The notes below the pieces were generated by a model. The model was not told the origin of the DNA, did not search any database, and worked only from the letters and a program-made list of their open reading frames with translations. The position numbers and the translations under genes are program-made. Shown here one piece after another: positions 1-8,720 of a stretch of DNA of 32,000 bases. Location of the stretch: contig CP113000.1 in assembly GCA_026625185.1 (NCBI GenBank), positions 1,155,622-1,187,621 on the forward strand, given 5' to 3'. Source of the DNA: Thermodesulfobacteriota bacterium (lineage in GTDB: Bacteria > Desulfobacterota > WTBG01 > JAGOGO01). How positions within the stretch are numbered: the first letter of the stretch is position 1; the number at the start of each line of letters is the position of its first letter.

Positions 1-657
1 CGCCAGGCGATCACCATTTCCACCCGGGGATTCCAAAAAATGAAGGAGAAGATAAAAGTCGGACTTACTGAAAAAGAACTTGCCAATATCTATGAATCTG
101 AGGTAAAAAAAGCGGGGGCGGATAAATTAGCGTTTGATACGATTGTCGCCAGCGGAGCAAGGTCAGCTTTGCCCCATGGCGTTGCCAGTGAAAAAAAAAT
201 CGGAGCCAGGGAATTGATTATGATAGACTTTGGCATTTACTGTCAGGGATACTGTAGCGACGAGACATGCACCGTCGTGACCGGAACCCCCACCGCAAAA
301 CAAAAGGAAATTTTTTCTATTGTCAAAAACGCTCATGATCGAGCGATTGAGAAAATTAAGCCGGGCATTTCTTCTCAGGAGATAGACAAAGCCGCTCGAA
401 GCTATATCGCAAAAAAGGGATTTGAAAAATATTTTGCGCACGGGACTGGCCACGGAGTGGGGCTCTGCGTGCATGAGGAGCCACGCATTTCTTCCTTGAA
501 AAAACAGATTCTGGAAGAAGGCATGGTTTTTACCGTTGAACCGGGAATTTATCTGCCCCAATGGGGGGGCGTGAGGATTGAAGATATGGTTGTGGTGACC
601 AAAAGCGGCTGTGAGGTGCTTACCCTTGTGCCAAAACAGTTAGAGATCATAAATTAG
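1..657 (+). CDS. M24B Xaa-Pro aminopeptidase/dipeptidase, 3' part (5' end outside window)
   Basis: Frame 1 is open from nt 1 (RQAITISTRGFQK precedes the first Met at 40). Blocks FDTIVASGARSALPHG, HGTGHGVGLCVHEEP, TVEPGIY and GGVRIEDMVVVT are the pita-bread-fold metal-ligand blocks of PepP/PepQ-type enzymes. Confidence 0.88.
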   Translation, partial: RQAITISTRGFQKMKEKIKVGLTEKELANIYESEVKKAGADKLAFDTIVASGARSALPHGVASEKKIGARELIMIDFGIYCQGYCSDETCTVVTGTPTAKQKEIFSIVKNAHDRAIEKIKPGISSQEIDKAARSYIAKKGFEKYFAHGTGHGVGLCVHEEPRISSLKKQILEEGMVFTVEPGIYLPQWGGVRIEDMVVVTKSGCEVLTLVPKQLEIIN

Positions 658-668
658 GAGGTTAAACG

Positions 669-1229
669 ATGTATTCCACCAGTGATTTTCGGCGGGGACT
701 GAAAATAGAATTAGAGGGAACGCCTTACAGTATTGTCGAGTTTCAGCACGTAAAGCCGGGGAAGGGCGGTGCCTTTGTCCGGACAAAATTAAAAAATCTG
801 GGCACCGGCAGGGTTATTGAACGGACATTTCGATCGGGCGAAAAAGTTGACAAGCCCGACCTGGAAGAAAAATCCATGCAGTATCTTTACGCCGAGGGCA
901 AGCAGTATAATTTTATGGACTTAGAAAGCTACGAGCAGACATTTTTAACCGAAGATCAGTTGGGAGACAGCAAAAACTACCTTCAGGAAAATATAACCAT
1001 CACCGCCCTTTTTCATCAAGGAAAGGTCATTGGGGTTGAAGTGCCGATGTTTGTTGAGCTTACGGTTGCCAAGACCGACCCCGGCGTCCGCGGCGACACC
1101 GCCAGCGGCGGAAGCAAACCAGCCACCATGGAAACCGGCGCGGTAATTCAAGTGCCTCTTTTTATCAACGAAGGCGATAAGATAAGAATTGACACCCGCA
1201 CCGGGGAATACATGGAACGGATAAGTTAA
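669..1229 (+). CDS. efp: Elongation factor P
   Basis: 186 aa. N-terminus DFRRGLKIELEGTPYSIVEFQHVKPGKGGAFVRTKLKNL, with the KPGKG loop, and C-terminal GDKIRIDTRTGEYMERI are canonical EF-P. GGAGG lies 7 nt upstream of the ATG. Confidence 0.95.
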   Translation: MYSTSDFRRGLKIELEGTPYSIVEFQHVKPGKGGAFVRTKLKNLGTGRVIERTFRSGEKVDKPDLEEKSMQYLYAEGKQYNFMDLESYEQTFLTEDQLGDSKNYLQENITITALFHQGKVIGVEVPMFVELTVAKTDPGVRGDTASGGSKPATMETGAVIQVPLFINEGDKIRIDTRTGEYMERIS

Positions 1230-1233
1230 TAGA

Positions 1234-3729
1234 TTAAAATTCTCCTGCCGGTCGTTTGTGCCGACCGCATTGCACCCGCAAGTCTTTGCCATCAATATAT
1301 AGCGTTATCGCTCCATCCAGGTCGGTTCGATAAAAAGCGCACTCCTTTTTCCGAAAACGCTGGATAACGTCAGGATGGGGGAGGTTAAAAGAATTTCGAA
1401 AACCCACGGAGCAGACAGCCACCAAGGGGCCGACTGAGTCAATAAAAGGAATACTGTTTGAGGTCGAACTCCCATGATGGGCGATTTTCAGCACATCTGC
1501 AGAAAGGTCCTTTCCGCTTTTTAACAGCATGTTTTCCGCCTCAATTCCAATATCCCCCGAAAAAAGAACGCCACTATTGCCATAGGCAAATTTAATAACC
1601 AGCGATTGGTTATTGCGCCGCTCGTCTTTGCCTTTTCCCGATCCTGAATAAGCCGGCGGAGGGTGGAGAACATCAATGTTTACCTTCTGAATCAGCAAAC
1701 GCGGGGATGCGCCGGAAAGTTTGCGCACAACTATTTTCTTCTGTGCCAGAATTTTTTCCAATTCCAAAAAATGGGGATCATCAATTTTATCTTTATTGGT
1801 CCAGAATTCTTTAATTGAAAAATTTTTGGCTAGGTAGATAAGTCCATCGAAATGGTCAGGGTGGGGATGGCTAAGCACCAAATAATCTATACGCAAAATT
1901 CCTTGCCCTAAAAGAAAGGGAGCAACAATATTTTTTCCGGTATCAAAATCTCCATTGGGAAAACCCCCGCCATCAATGAGCATGGTTTTTCCCTCCGGAA
2001 AGCGGATCAACGCGGAATCCCCTTGCCCCACATCAATAAAGGTAATAAAGAGCCCCGGTGATTTTAGGGGGGCAAGACAGTAAAAATAATTAGCCACCAG
2101 CAGGGTTGCAGCAATAAGGATGATTTTTTTCGGCCAGCCATAAAATTTCCAGCAAAAAAGAACGAGGATAATGAAATAAAAAAGGAAGACCGTGGTAAGC
2201 GAAGGAGTGGGGATAAGAAAACTTGTCCAGGGAATGTTTGCCAAAAAGTCGGCAATCCTGATGGAGATATCCGACAACAGGCCCGATAAGGAGAAAACAA
2301 ACCCGGCAATAAACGAGGAAAAGGGAATTAGCAGCACACCTATTAAGCCCAACACCACGATTAAAAAACCGGCCAGAGGAACAATGAGTAAATTCGCAAC
2401 CAGTCCGGAAAAAGAGAAAAGGCTGAAATAGTAGGCTACCAAAGGTCCGGTGGCAAGCATAGCGGAAAAAGTGACTACCATAAAAATGAGAAGATGATGT
2501 TTCGCTTTTCTCCACCAGGGTGGCTCTAATTTTTGCAGCAGATAATCTTGCTGAGGAAGGAGAGAAAGAATTTTCGGAGCAAGGAAGACGATTCCTAAAA
2601 CCGACATGAAAGAGAGCTGAAACGAGGCTCCAAACAATGCTGGAGGTTGGATAATAATGATCACCAGCGCAGCCAGCGCAGTAGCATGGTACAAATCCCT
2701 TTCCCGGTTAACCAGAAGAGCGGCTATATACGCAACCGTCATAATGAAAGCTCTTTGCACCGAAACTCCGGCGCCGGCGATCAGGGTATAGAAGAGAACC
2801 GGAATAACGGACAGACCAGCTGCGAGCTTGGGAACATTGGTCTTCAAAAGGAGGAACTCGGAAAACCCCAAGAGTCGTCTGAAAAGAAAATAAAAAAAAG
2901 CAGCGACAATTCCAATATTGAGTCCCGAAATAGCAAGGACATGAGCGGTCCCAGTGCGGACGAAGCTTTCTTTGATCTCCTCGGGTATGGCGCTCTGTTC
3001 GCCTAAAAGCAAACCGCGCAGAAATGAGTTTGTCGAAGGAGGGGTTGAGGAGTCAATGAGCTCTCGTATGGTGCTTCGAAATGCATCTATTTTTCTTAAC
3101 CAGGACTCACGTTCCGGCAGTCCGAGTCTGATTATGCTCTGCTGGCGGGAAACATACCCGGTTACGTAGATATCCTGAAAAGCAAGCCACCGAACATAAT
3201 CAAACCCACCGGGGTTTCCAAAATTATGGGGTTTGCGCAAACGGGCTGAAAAAATAAGCCGGTCGTAAACCAGAAATTTTTCTTCGTCATCTTCTATGGT
3301 AAGGAGTATGTTTCCGGCTGCGGGATATTTTTTTCTGTCGACGATGATCCACTGCGCCCGGACATAAAGGCGGGTCTTTTGGGGCAAGTATTCGGCCGGC
3401 CGGTAAAGAAATCCCTCGACGGTTAAGGGGCGATTTTGCGACCAGCGATAAATATGATGGGAAGGAAAATCCGGCCGGAGATAATGCGCAAGGGAGATTA
3501 CCCCAACCAAAAAAAGTCCGAGATAAAGCGCACCGTTTGATAACCCTGGACGCTTTTTCAGCATAGCAATGACGCCCAGGACCAAAGAACAGCTGATGGC
3601 CATAAAAATAATCAGTGCCTGCGGATGCCAAAAAAGGCCAACCACCAGCCCGGCCATATAAACGAAAAGAAGATAAAAAAGTGGGGATGCAAAATTTCGA
3701 TGAATATTTTTAAGTATCGGCAAGACCAC
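1234..3729 (-). CDS. comEC: ComEC/Rec2 DNA-internalisation competence protein (polytopic membrane domain + metallo-beta-lactamase domain)
   Basis: 831 aa with many TM helices. Competence-domain block TGTAHVLAISGLNIG. C-terminal MBL motifs IDVGQGDS, LSHPHPDHFDG and KIAHHGS. GTG start. Confidence 0.9.
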   Translation of the reverse strand: MVLPILKNIHRNFASPLFYLLFVYMAGLVVGLFWHPQALIIFMAISCSLVLGVIAMLKKRPGLSNGALYLGLFLVGVISLAHYLRPDFPSHHIYRWSQNRPLTVEGFLYRPAEYLPQKTRLYVRAQWIIVDRKKYPAAGNILLTIEDDEEKFLVYDRLIFSARLRKPHNFGNPGGFDYVRWLAFQDIYVTGYVSRQQSIIRLGLPERESWLRKIDAFRSTIRELIDSSTPPSTNSFLRGLLLGEQSAIPEEIKESFVRTGTAHVLAISGLNIGIVAAFFYFLFRRLLGFSEFLLLKTNVPKLAAGLSVIPVLFYTLIAGAGVSVQRAFIMTVAYIAALLVNRERDLYHATALAALVIIIIQPPALFGASFQLSFMSVLGIVFLAPKILSLLPQQDYLLQKLEPPWWRKAKHHLLIFMVVTFSAMLATGPLVAYYFSLFSFSGLVANLLIVPLAGFLIVVLGLIGVLLIPFSSFIAGFVFSLSGLLSDISIRIADFLANIPWTSFLIPTPSLTTVFLFYFIILVLFCWKFYGWPKKIILIAATLLVANYFYCLAPLKSPGLFITFIDVGQGDSALIRFPEGKTMLIDGGGFPNGDFDTGKNIVAPFLLGQGILRIDYLVLSHPHPDHFDGLIYLAKNFSIKEFWTNKDKIDDPHFLELEKILAQKKIVVRKLSGASPRLLIQKVNIDVLHPPPAYSGSGKGKDERRNNQSLVIKFAYGNSGVLFSGDIGIEAENMLLKSGKDLSADVLKIAHHGSSTSNSIPFIDSVGPLVAVCSVGFRNSFNLPHPDVIQRFRKKECAFYRTDLDGAITLYIDGKDLRVQCGRHKRPAGEF

Positions 3730-3838
3730 GCAACCGCCTCTTCCTGGTTTAGGAAAAAAATTATCTTTTAGTTACCTAACGTTATCGAAATAGTCTTTTT
3801 TTGTCAAGCAGGCAAGCAAGGGGGAGGAAGAAGAATCA

Positions 3839-3858
3839 AAAGATTTTTAAAAATCTTT
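3839..3858. repeat. Perfect 20-nt AT-rich palindrome (AAAGATTTTT|AAAAATCTTT) in the comEC upstream region; function unknown
   Basis: Read directly from the sequence; it is self-complementary over all 20 nt. It lies about 110 nt upstream of the comEC GTG on the minus strand. Confidence 0.5.
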
Positions 3859-3953
3859 GACATCATAACCCATGAGCGGTAAAAAAGAAATAATATTAAT
3901 GATAAAGATTTTTCTAAAGGAAGGGAAATGCCAACCAATCGCCAACAGAAAAT

Positions 3954-3993
3954 AAAAACACCTTTTGGCAAGAATAGCCGGAAAGGTGTTTTT
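3954..3993. terminator. Bidirectional intrinsic-terminator-like hairpin closing the minus-strand EPS operon
   Basis: AAAAACACCTTT (3954-3965) pairs with AAAGGTGTTTTT (3982-3993). Inner GGC/GCC pairs leave a loop of about 7 nt. T-runs follow on both strands (TATTTTTTT on +, ATTTTCT on -). Confidence 0.55.
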
Positions 3994-4107
3994 ATTTTTT
4001 TGCTTACATTTCTTTGTATAACAATCATTGATAATGTGGGGATTGCTCTCCTGCAGTCCGCAATAAAAGTCAAATCGGCGTGTTTGGGGAACGCTCCCTA
4101 CCAAAAT

Positions 4108-4399
4108 TTACGATTTACGTTTTATCGAGGAGCATATAGCTGCCACTGCCCGGAACAATGCTTTAACGGCCTTTCCGATTACCAGAAACGGGCGAAGGGA
4201 AAATAAAAGCCAGGCAACTTTTTTGGAAACCTGGTAGCGAAGCCGGAGGTAATCAGTGCTGGGGAAATGAGCACCCAGCAGAAAAAGCACTTTATCTTTT
4301 ATGCCGGGAATTCTCATCAGCGTAAGTAGGTTTCCCTTCTGTTCGCTCTCACCTTTAAAATTTATTAAACGCACAAGATTTTTGGGGTAGGAGGAAGCT
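4108..4399 (-). pseudogene. Orphan 3' gene fragment abutting the IS30 element (tail resembles C-termini of 'uncharacterised nucleotidyltransferase'-type EPS-locus proteins)
   Basis: The reading frame is open from the IS boundary (4398) to the stop at 4108 (ASSYPKNLVRLINFKGE...FPSTDYLRLRYQVSKKVAWLLFSLRPF...). Only an internal GTG with no SD is available as a start. The family guess rests on remembered tail motifs only. Confidence 0.4.
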
Positions 4400-4426
4400 T
4401 GGTGAATTCAAATTGCAAGTGCACCA
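4400..4426. repeat. IS30-family terminal inverted repeat (transposase-distal end)
   Basis: TGGTGAATTCAAATTGCAAGTGCACCA. The reverse complement of 5483-5509 matches it at 21/27 positions. Confidence 0.8.
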
Positions 4427-5403
4427 CGAGCTGCATTCCAGAACACTTCATAGGGTGTCCGGTAGTTGAGAGATTTTCTTGGCCGATTATTAAGCCTTTT
4501 AACAGCACGAGAAATATCACGTTCGGTAATTTTTCTCATGTAAGTTCCTTTCGGAAAATACTGCCGCAGTAATCCGTTGGTGTTTTCATTGGCTCCTCGC
4601 TGCCATGCAGCATAAGGATCGGCAAAGTAAATACTGAGTTTGGTTTTTTCCTCAAGTTCTTTAAATTGGGCAAACTCTGTTCCATTATCTACCGTTAAAG
4701 TTTGCCGCATTATTCCAGGAATGCGCCTGAAAATTTGAGTGCTTTTATCTGTCAATGTCGTAGCTTTCTTATTTTCCAGCTTGCCAGCCAAAAGGTAGCG
4801 GCTCTTGCGTTCGACTAACGTCGCGATATAGCCACTGCTTTTTTTGCCTTCGATCGTATCGCCCTCCCAGTCTCCAAATCGTTTTCTCCCTTCCACGATT
4901 TCAGGTCGTTGAGCAATTCTCTTGCGCCCGGCAAGAAACCGCCTTCCCAAACCATACCGTTTCTGGCGCCGTCGCCTTTTCCTCCCCCGCCGCAGGTTTA
5001 GATAAAGCTTGCCATTAACCTTCGCATCCTTATAAATCCAGCGATAAATTGTCTCATGGCACACTCGCATCGTCTCATCATCAGGATAATTAATCCGCAT
5101 ATAATCGCTTATCTCCTCTGGAGACCATTGCAGATTCAGTTTTGTTTTTACATAATCAACAAGGCGCTCGTTGCCCTCCCGACGATAATGCCTGGCCTGA
5201 TGCCGTCGTTTTAGAGCTACCGGATGCGTCCAGTCATACCAATAAACAGTGCAATCATATTCCGGCCCGTTGCGTTTAAGTTCACGACTGACCGTGCTGT
5301 GATCTCGGTTTATCCGGCGGGCAATTTCTCGTTTACTAAATCCAGCCACATTTAAATGGCTGATGACATATCGTTCGTTTTCTGTTAAATGTATATATGA
5401 CAT
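4408..5403 (-). CDS. IS30-family DDE transposase
   Basis: 331 aa. N-terminal HTH (HLTENERYVISHL...REIARRINRDHSTVSRELKRN). DDE blocks WEGDTI, DNGTEF and QRGANENTNGLLRQYFPKG. Confidence 0.93.
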   Translation of the reverse strand: MSYIHLTENERYVISHLNVAGFSKREIARRINRDHSTVSRELKRNGPEYDCTVYWYDWTHPVALKRRHQARHYRREGNERLVDYVKTKLNLQWSPEEISDYMRINYPDDETMRVCHETIYRWIYKDAKVNGKLYLNLRRGRKRRRRQKRYGLGRRFLAGRKRIAQRPEIVEGRKRFGDWEGDTIEGKKSSGYIATLVERKSRYLLAGKLENKKATTLTDKSTQIFRRIPGIMRQTLTVDNGTEFAQFKELEEKTKLSIYFADPYAAWQRGANENTNGLLRQYFPKGTYMRKITERDISRAVKRLNNRPRKSLNYRTPYEVFWNAARGALAI

Positions 5404-5482
5404 GGCAGGCTCTTTCTGGTTGCGAGTTGGTCGTTCTTCTCAACATACCAGAATTCCTGTCATGTCGCATGCTTTTCTCAAA

Positions 5483-5509
5483 TGGTGCACTTTGAAGTTG
5501 ATTCTACCA
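5483..5509. repeat. IS30-family terminal inverted repeat (transposase-proximal end)
   Basis: The reverse complement is TGGTAGAATCAACTTCAAAGTGCACCA. It pairs with 4400-4426. Confidence 0.8.
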
Positions 5510-8110
5510 GTATTTGCTTTTTTTTCGATCTACCTCATTTAAAACAACGCCCATAATAGGAGCGCCGGCCGCCTTAAGAATCTCAACCGCCTTTTTTGCT
5601 TCTTCTGGCTTGGTTACGCCTGCCTTAACTACCAAAATACTGCCATCGGAATATTGACTAAGAACCGGCGCATCAGCCATGAATAACGGCGGGCCATCCA
5701 GAAGAATGTAGTCAAAAATATCTCGGCACATGGAAAGGAGTACTTCAAACCCCCGCGAGGAAATGAGCGGCAAAGGGTTATGGAGAGGAGGGCCGCTGGG
5801 AAGCAAAAAGAGGTTTACTGTTTCAGTATCAACCAAAAGGCCGCTTATCTTTTTTTCTAACCACGGAGCATTTCCTTGGAGCTGAAATTTATCCATAAAA
5901 GACTCGACCACCAAACCGTCTTTTTTTATCTCTCCTTCGGTAAATTCATAAAAACCTTCTTCAGGGGAGAAAAGAAGATTCAGGGTTTCCGAAAGGTGAA
6001 GGGTGAGGAGGTTTTCCATTCTTTCCGGAGAAACCGATCCCATTGACAAAAGCACCGAACCCACCCTTCGGTTCGCGCTTTTGGCTAAATCTAATGCGTC
6101 GTCAAGGCTCTCTTTCTCAATAGCCTTGGTTCTTAAAAGTATTTGACCTAATCTTTTTTCCGGAGGACGATTTTCCCAGCAGAGGTCAACCATATTGCCG
6201 CGATCAAACAAAGCCAAAAAGTCTTTATTGCCCTTGACAATTTTTACCTTTCCGCTTTTGCCCCGGGTAAAGATTATCCTCTGGATATCTCCAAAGGAAA
6301 ATGCGTTGTTCAATATCCCCTTATTTTCTAAAGAAGGAAACTCGCGCAAAAACTCCGTGATCCCCCGGTTTTTTTGAGTGAAGACGTTAGTCAAGGAGGG
6401 TTTTTTGAAATCAGCATCAACTATTGCCACGCGAAATCCTGACTGGGCGAGCATGCTCCCCAAGGCTTTAACCAACGTTGTTTTTCCCACGTTGCCAACC
6501 GGTCCAGTAATAAAAATGGTTTTTAAAGGCTTTCCTAAAGACTGAAAGCGCAAATTGGTGGCCAGAGCCCGCAATGGCTCCGCAAGTTCCCCGCTCAGCT
6601 CTCCCTTGGCAATTGGTTCTTCTTTAGGAACAAGAGAAAGAGTAGGTAGCTGGAGATATCTATCCACATCTTTTTCCTCTTTTATGGAGCGATCCATATA
6701 TTCCAGAAAAAAGGAAAGGCCGATTCCAACGGAAAGACCAACGATAAGAGCAAGAAACATATTCATGGTCGGCCTCGGCTTTATCGGAACAAGAGGGAGC
6801 TGAGCTTCTTCTACCAGCCGCACATCTTCTTGGCCGATCCCTTTTAGAACTTCCATTTCCTTAAAATTGGTGAGCAAGGCCTGATAAAGCTCTTTGTTAG
6901 TTGTTACCTCTCTTTCCAGCATAGCATAACGGAGCTCTTTCCCCGAAAGCGCGAGGTTTTCGTTTTCCTTGTCTTTCATTTGCGAAGCAAGCCGCGTCTC
7001 TTTGCCCCACAGCATGGAGATTTGTTGCCTTAAGGCGGCAATGGCTTTGGCTATCTCGCGCCGAAAGCTTTCCTTAAGCTCTCTTATTTTAGCATTGTTT
7101 TCCACCATTGAGGGGTGTTTTTCTTTGTAAGTCTTCTTTAGCTCCTCACGTTCAATGGTTGCCTTAATAAGATCAGCCCTCAGATCAAAAAGAATTTTGT
7201 TATCTAAAATCGCCGGAGAAAATTCTTCGGTGTTTCCGCCCCGAAGCATCCGCTCGAGCTCCCTAGCTTTCTCTTCCAATCCGCTGGCTTCCACCTTGGT
7301 GGTGAGCAGGTCGCCGCTTAACGACCCGATGTCTTTGGCGGAAATATCTTTTTTCCCTTCGAGCGAAAAAATCCCCTCTTTTTGTTTAAAATCATAAAAA
7401 TTTTGTTCACTCTCTTGAAGCCTTTTCTTCATCTTGGCAATCTCGTCTGAGAAAAAAGAAAGGTAGTTGCGAAACGAATCAAGCCGGCTTTCAGATAAAT
7501 ACTGGAGATAGCTTTTGCAGATTGTGTTGGCAGCATCCCGGCAAAAGACAGGATCAGGATCTACAACATTTACTTCAATGAGTCGGGTATCGCGGATAGG
7601 GACAACCTCTACCTCTCCTTGAAGAATCCCGACCCAGACAGGGTAAGGGTCGTCTTTTTGCGGGTTGGCTTTTGCTTCCGATTTTTCCGCGGAAAAAGAA
7701 AAAAAGGGAAAAGGATATAATAACCCGCTTTTAATTTTTTCAAGGTTTTCCCTAATATTATTCTTAACGGTTGGCTTTTTTTCTTGTTTCTTGGGATCGT
7801 CAAGTGTTAATGCTTTTGCAGAACGGGCAAGAACCGGAAGACTTTTTATCATCATCGAATGGGTTTTAAAAGCCAAGGATTCCGAATAATCACTTTCCCA
7901 ATATCCTCCCCCGGGATTAAAGGTTGGTGGAGCGAGCTTTTGTTCTTTTCCCACTTTTATTCGAGCACTCGCCTGATAGATTGGCTGCACAAGGAAAGTG
8001 CCGATCCCGACGGTGGCAAGAAAGCAAACCACGGTAGCGACAACAAGCCACCTCCTTCTTTTTAGGACTTCCAAATAATCTAAAAGGTGAATTTCTTGTT
8101 CTTCGTTCAT
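5504..8110 (-). CDS. Polysaccharide co-polymerase (Wzz/GumC-like) fused to a BY-kinase/MinD-like P-loop domain that carries a large internal insertion; 3' end formed by the IS
   Basis: Wzz N-terminus (LLDYLEVLKRRRWLVVATVV..) and a long coiled coil. Second TM FLALIVGLSVGIGLSFF. Walker A GPVGNVGKT, A' VAIVDAD and B YILLDGPP. Start chosen at MNEEQE (8110) because the 8200 start would overlap the upstream gene by 68 nt. The last codon and the stop lie inside the IS inverted repeat. Confidence 0.85.
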   Translation of the reverse strand: MNEEQEIHLLDYLEVLKRRRWLVVATVVCFLATVGIGTFLVQPIYQASARIKVGKEQKLAPPTFNPGGGYWESDYSESLAFKTHSMMIKSLPVLARSAKALTLDDPKKQEKKPTVKNNIRENLEKIKSGLLYPFPFFSFSAEKSEAKANPQKDDPYPVWVGILQGEVEVVPIRDTRLIEVNVVDPDPVFCRDAANTICKSYLQYLSESRLDSFRNYLSFFSDEIAKMKKRLQESEQNFYDFKQKEGIFSLEGKKDISAKDIGSLSGDLLTTKVEASGLEEKARELERMLRGGNTEEFSPAILDNKILFDLRADLIKATIEREELKKTYKEKHPSMVENNAKIRELKESFRREIAKAIAALRQQISMLWGKETRLASQMKDKENENLALSGKELRYAMLEREVTTNKELYQALLTNFKEMEVLKGIGQEDVRLVEEAQLPLVPIKPRPTMNMFLALIVGLSVGIGLSFFLEYMDRSIKEEKDVDRYLQLPTLSLVPKEEPIAKGELSGELAEPLRALATNLRFQSLGKPLKTIFITGPVGNVGKTTLVKALGSMLAQSGFRVAIVDADFKKPSLTNVFTQKNRGITEFLREFPSLENKGILNNAFSFGDIQRIIFTRGKSGKVKIVKGNKDFLALFDRGNMVDLCWENRPPEKRLGQILLRTKAIEKESLDDALDLAKSANRRVGSVLLSMGSVSPERMENLLTLHLSETLNLLFSPEEGFYEFTEGEIKKDGLVVESFMDKFQLQGNAPWLEKKISGLLVDTETVNLFLLPSGPPLHNPLPLISSRGFEVLLSMCRDIFDYILLDGPPLFMADAPVLSQYSDGSILVVKAGVTKPEEAKKAVEILKAAGAPIMGVVLNEVDRKKSKYW

Positions 8111-8132
8111 TTTCCCATTTCTGCTAAATTGG

Positions 8133-8720
8133 TTAAAGTCTTGACTCCGGGACATAAATCCGGTCTCCGGGCAGGAGCAAAGGATCGGATTCTTTTCCAT
8201 CCCGTATCTTTTCCAAATTTATTTTCATTACCTGTTCTTTTCCGTCTTTTTTTCGGGTGATGGTTGCCCGGTTAGGAGCTGCAAAAGGGTCAAACCCTCC
8301 AGCCAGAGCACAGGCATTAAGAGCAGTGAGGCCTTCTTGATAATCATAGGCCTTGGGTTCTTTTACTCTGCCCAAAACGTAAATTTTTGAAAGAGCTTGC
8401 TTTTCCCGGTATTCTTTTACCGTTACATTAACAACCGGATCAACAAAGTAATCTTGTGCGAGCGCTTCTCTTACTTTTTTAGAAAAATCACTCAGGGAGA
8501 GATTAGAAGCCGGCACATCACCAAGAAAAGGAACGGAAACTATTCCTTCCCTGGAAACCGTTAGCGTGGATTTATTTTGCTCCTTGCCGCCGGCGAAAAT
8601 ATTCAAGATTAGGACATCTCCTGGGCCAATCTTATATACTTCATCGCAGAGGCCCAGAGAAGAGAAAAGATGAATTAAGCAAAAAATGAAAAACACAAAA
8701 CTGGCGTTTAATTTCCCCAA
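8133..8720 (-). CDS. Polysaccharide export protein (Wza-like; Poly_export + SLBB-type domains)
   Basis: 195 aa with a signal peptide. YKIGPGDVLILNIF... and C-terminal LLPGDRIYVPE are typical of Wza/EpsE-type periplasmic/OM export proteins. TTG start overlaps the upstream gene end. Confidence 0.85.
   Translation of the reverse strand: MGKLNASFVFFIFCLIHLFSSLGLCDEVYKIGPGDVLILNIFAGGKEQNKSTLTVSREGIVSVPFLGDVPASNLSLSDFSKKVREALAQDYFVDPVVNVTVKEYREKQALSKIYVLGRVKEPKAYDYQEGLTALNACALAGGFDPFAAPNRATITRKKDGKEQVMKINLEKIRDGKESDPLLLPGDRIYVPESRL

Larger units (their letters stand above)
4400..5509 (-). mobile_element. IS30-family insertion sequence (about 1110 bp)
   Basis: A single transposase ORF is flanked by 27-bp imperfect inverted repeats (21/27 identical, ungapped) that start TGGT(A/G)(G/A)A(A/T)TCAA. 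This is similar to the TGTAGATTCAA terminus I recall for IS30. The IR overlaps the transposase stop, as in IS30. Confidence 0.85.

Noticed and set aside
1249-1267. Hairpin CGGTCG-N7-CGACCG just after the efp stop, as a possible terminator
   Set aside because: It has no T-tract and lies inside the comEC 3' coding region, so it is not convincing as an intrinsic terminator.
163-3631. Antisense or overlapping ORFs inside pepP, efp and comEC (for example 163-561, 945-1295, 2064-2515, 2647-3169, 3287-3631)
   Set aside because: Each lies fully within a confidently identified gene on the other strand or in another frame, and has no SD or family resemblance.
3804-4206. Three overlapping small ORFs (85-92 aa) in the comEC / EPS-operon intergenic region
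   Set aside because: They are AT-rich and mutually overlapping, and they span a strong bidirectional terminator hairpin. They have no SD or domain signal.
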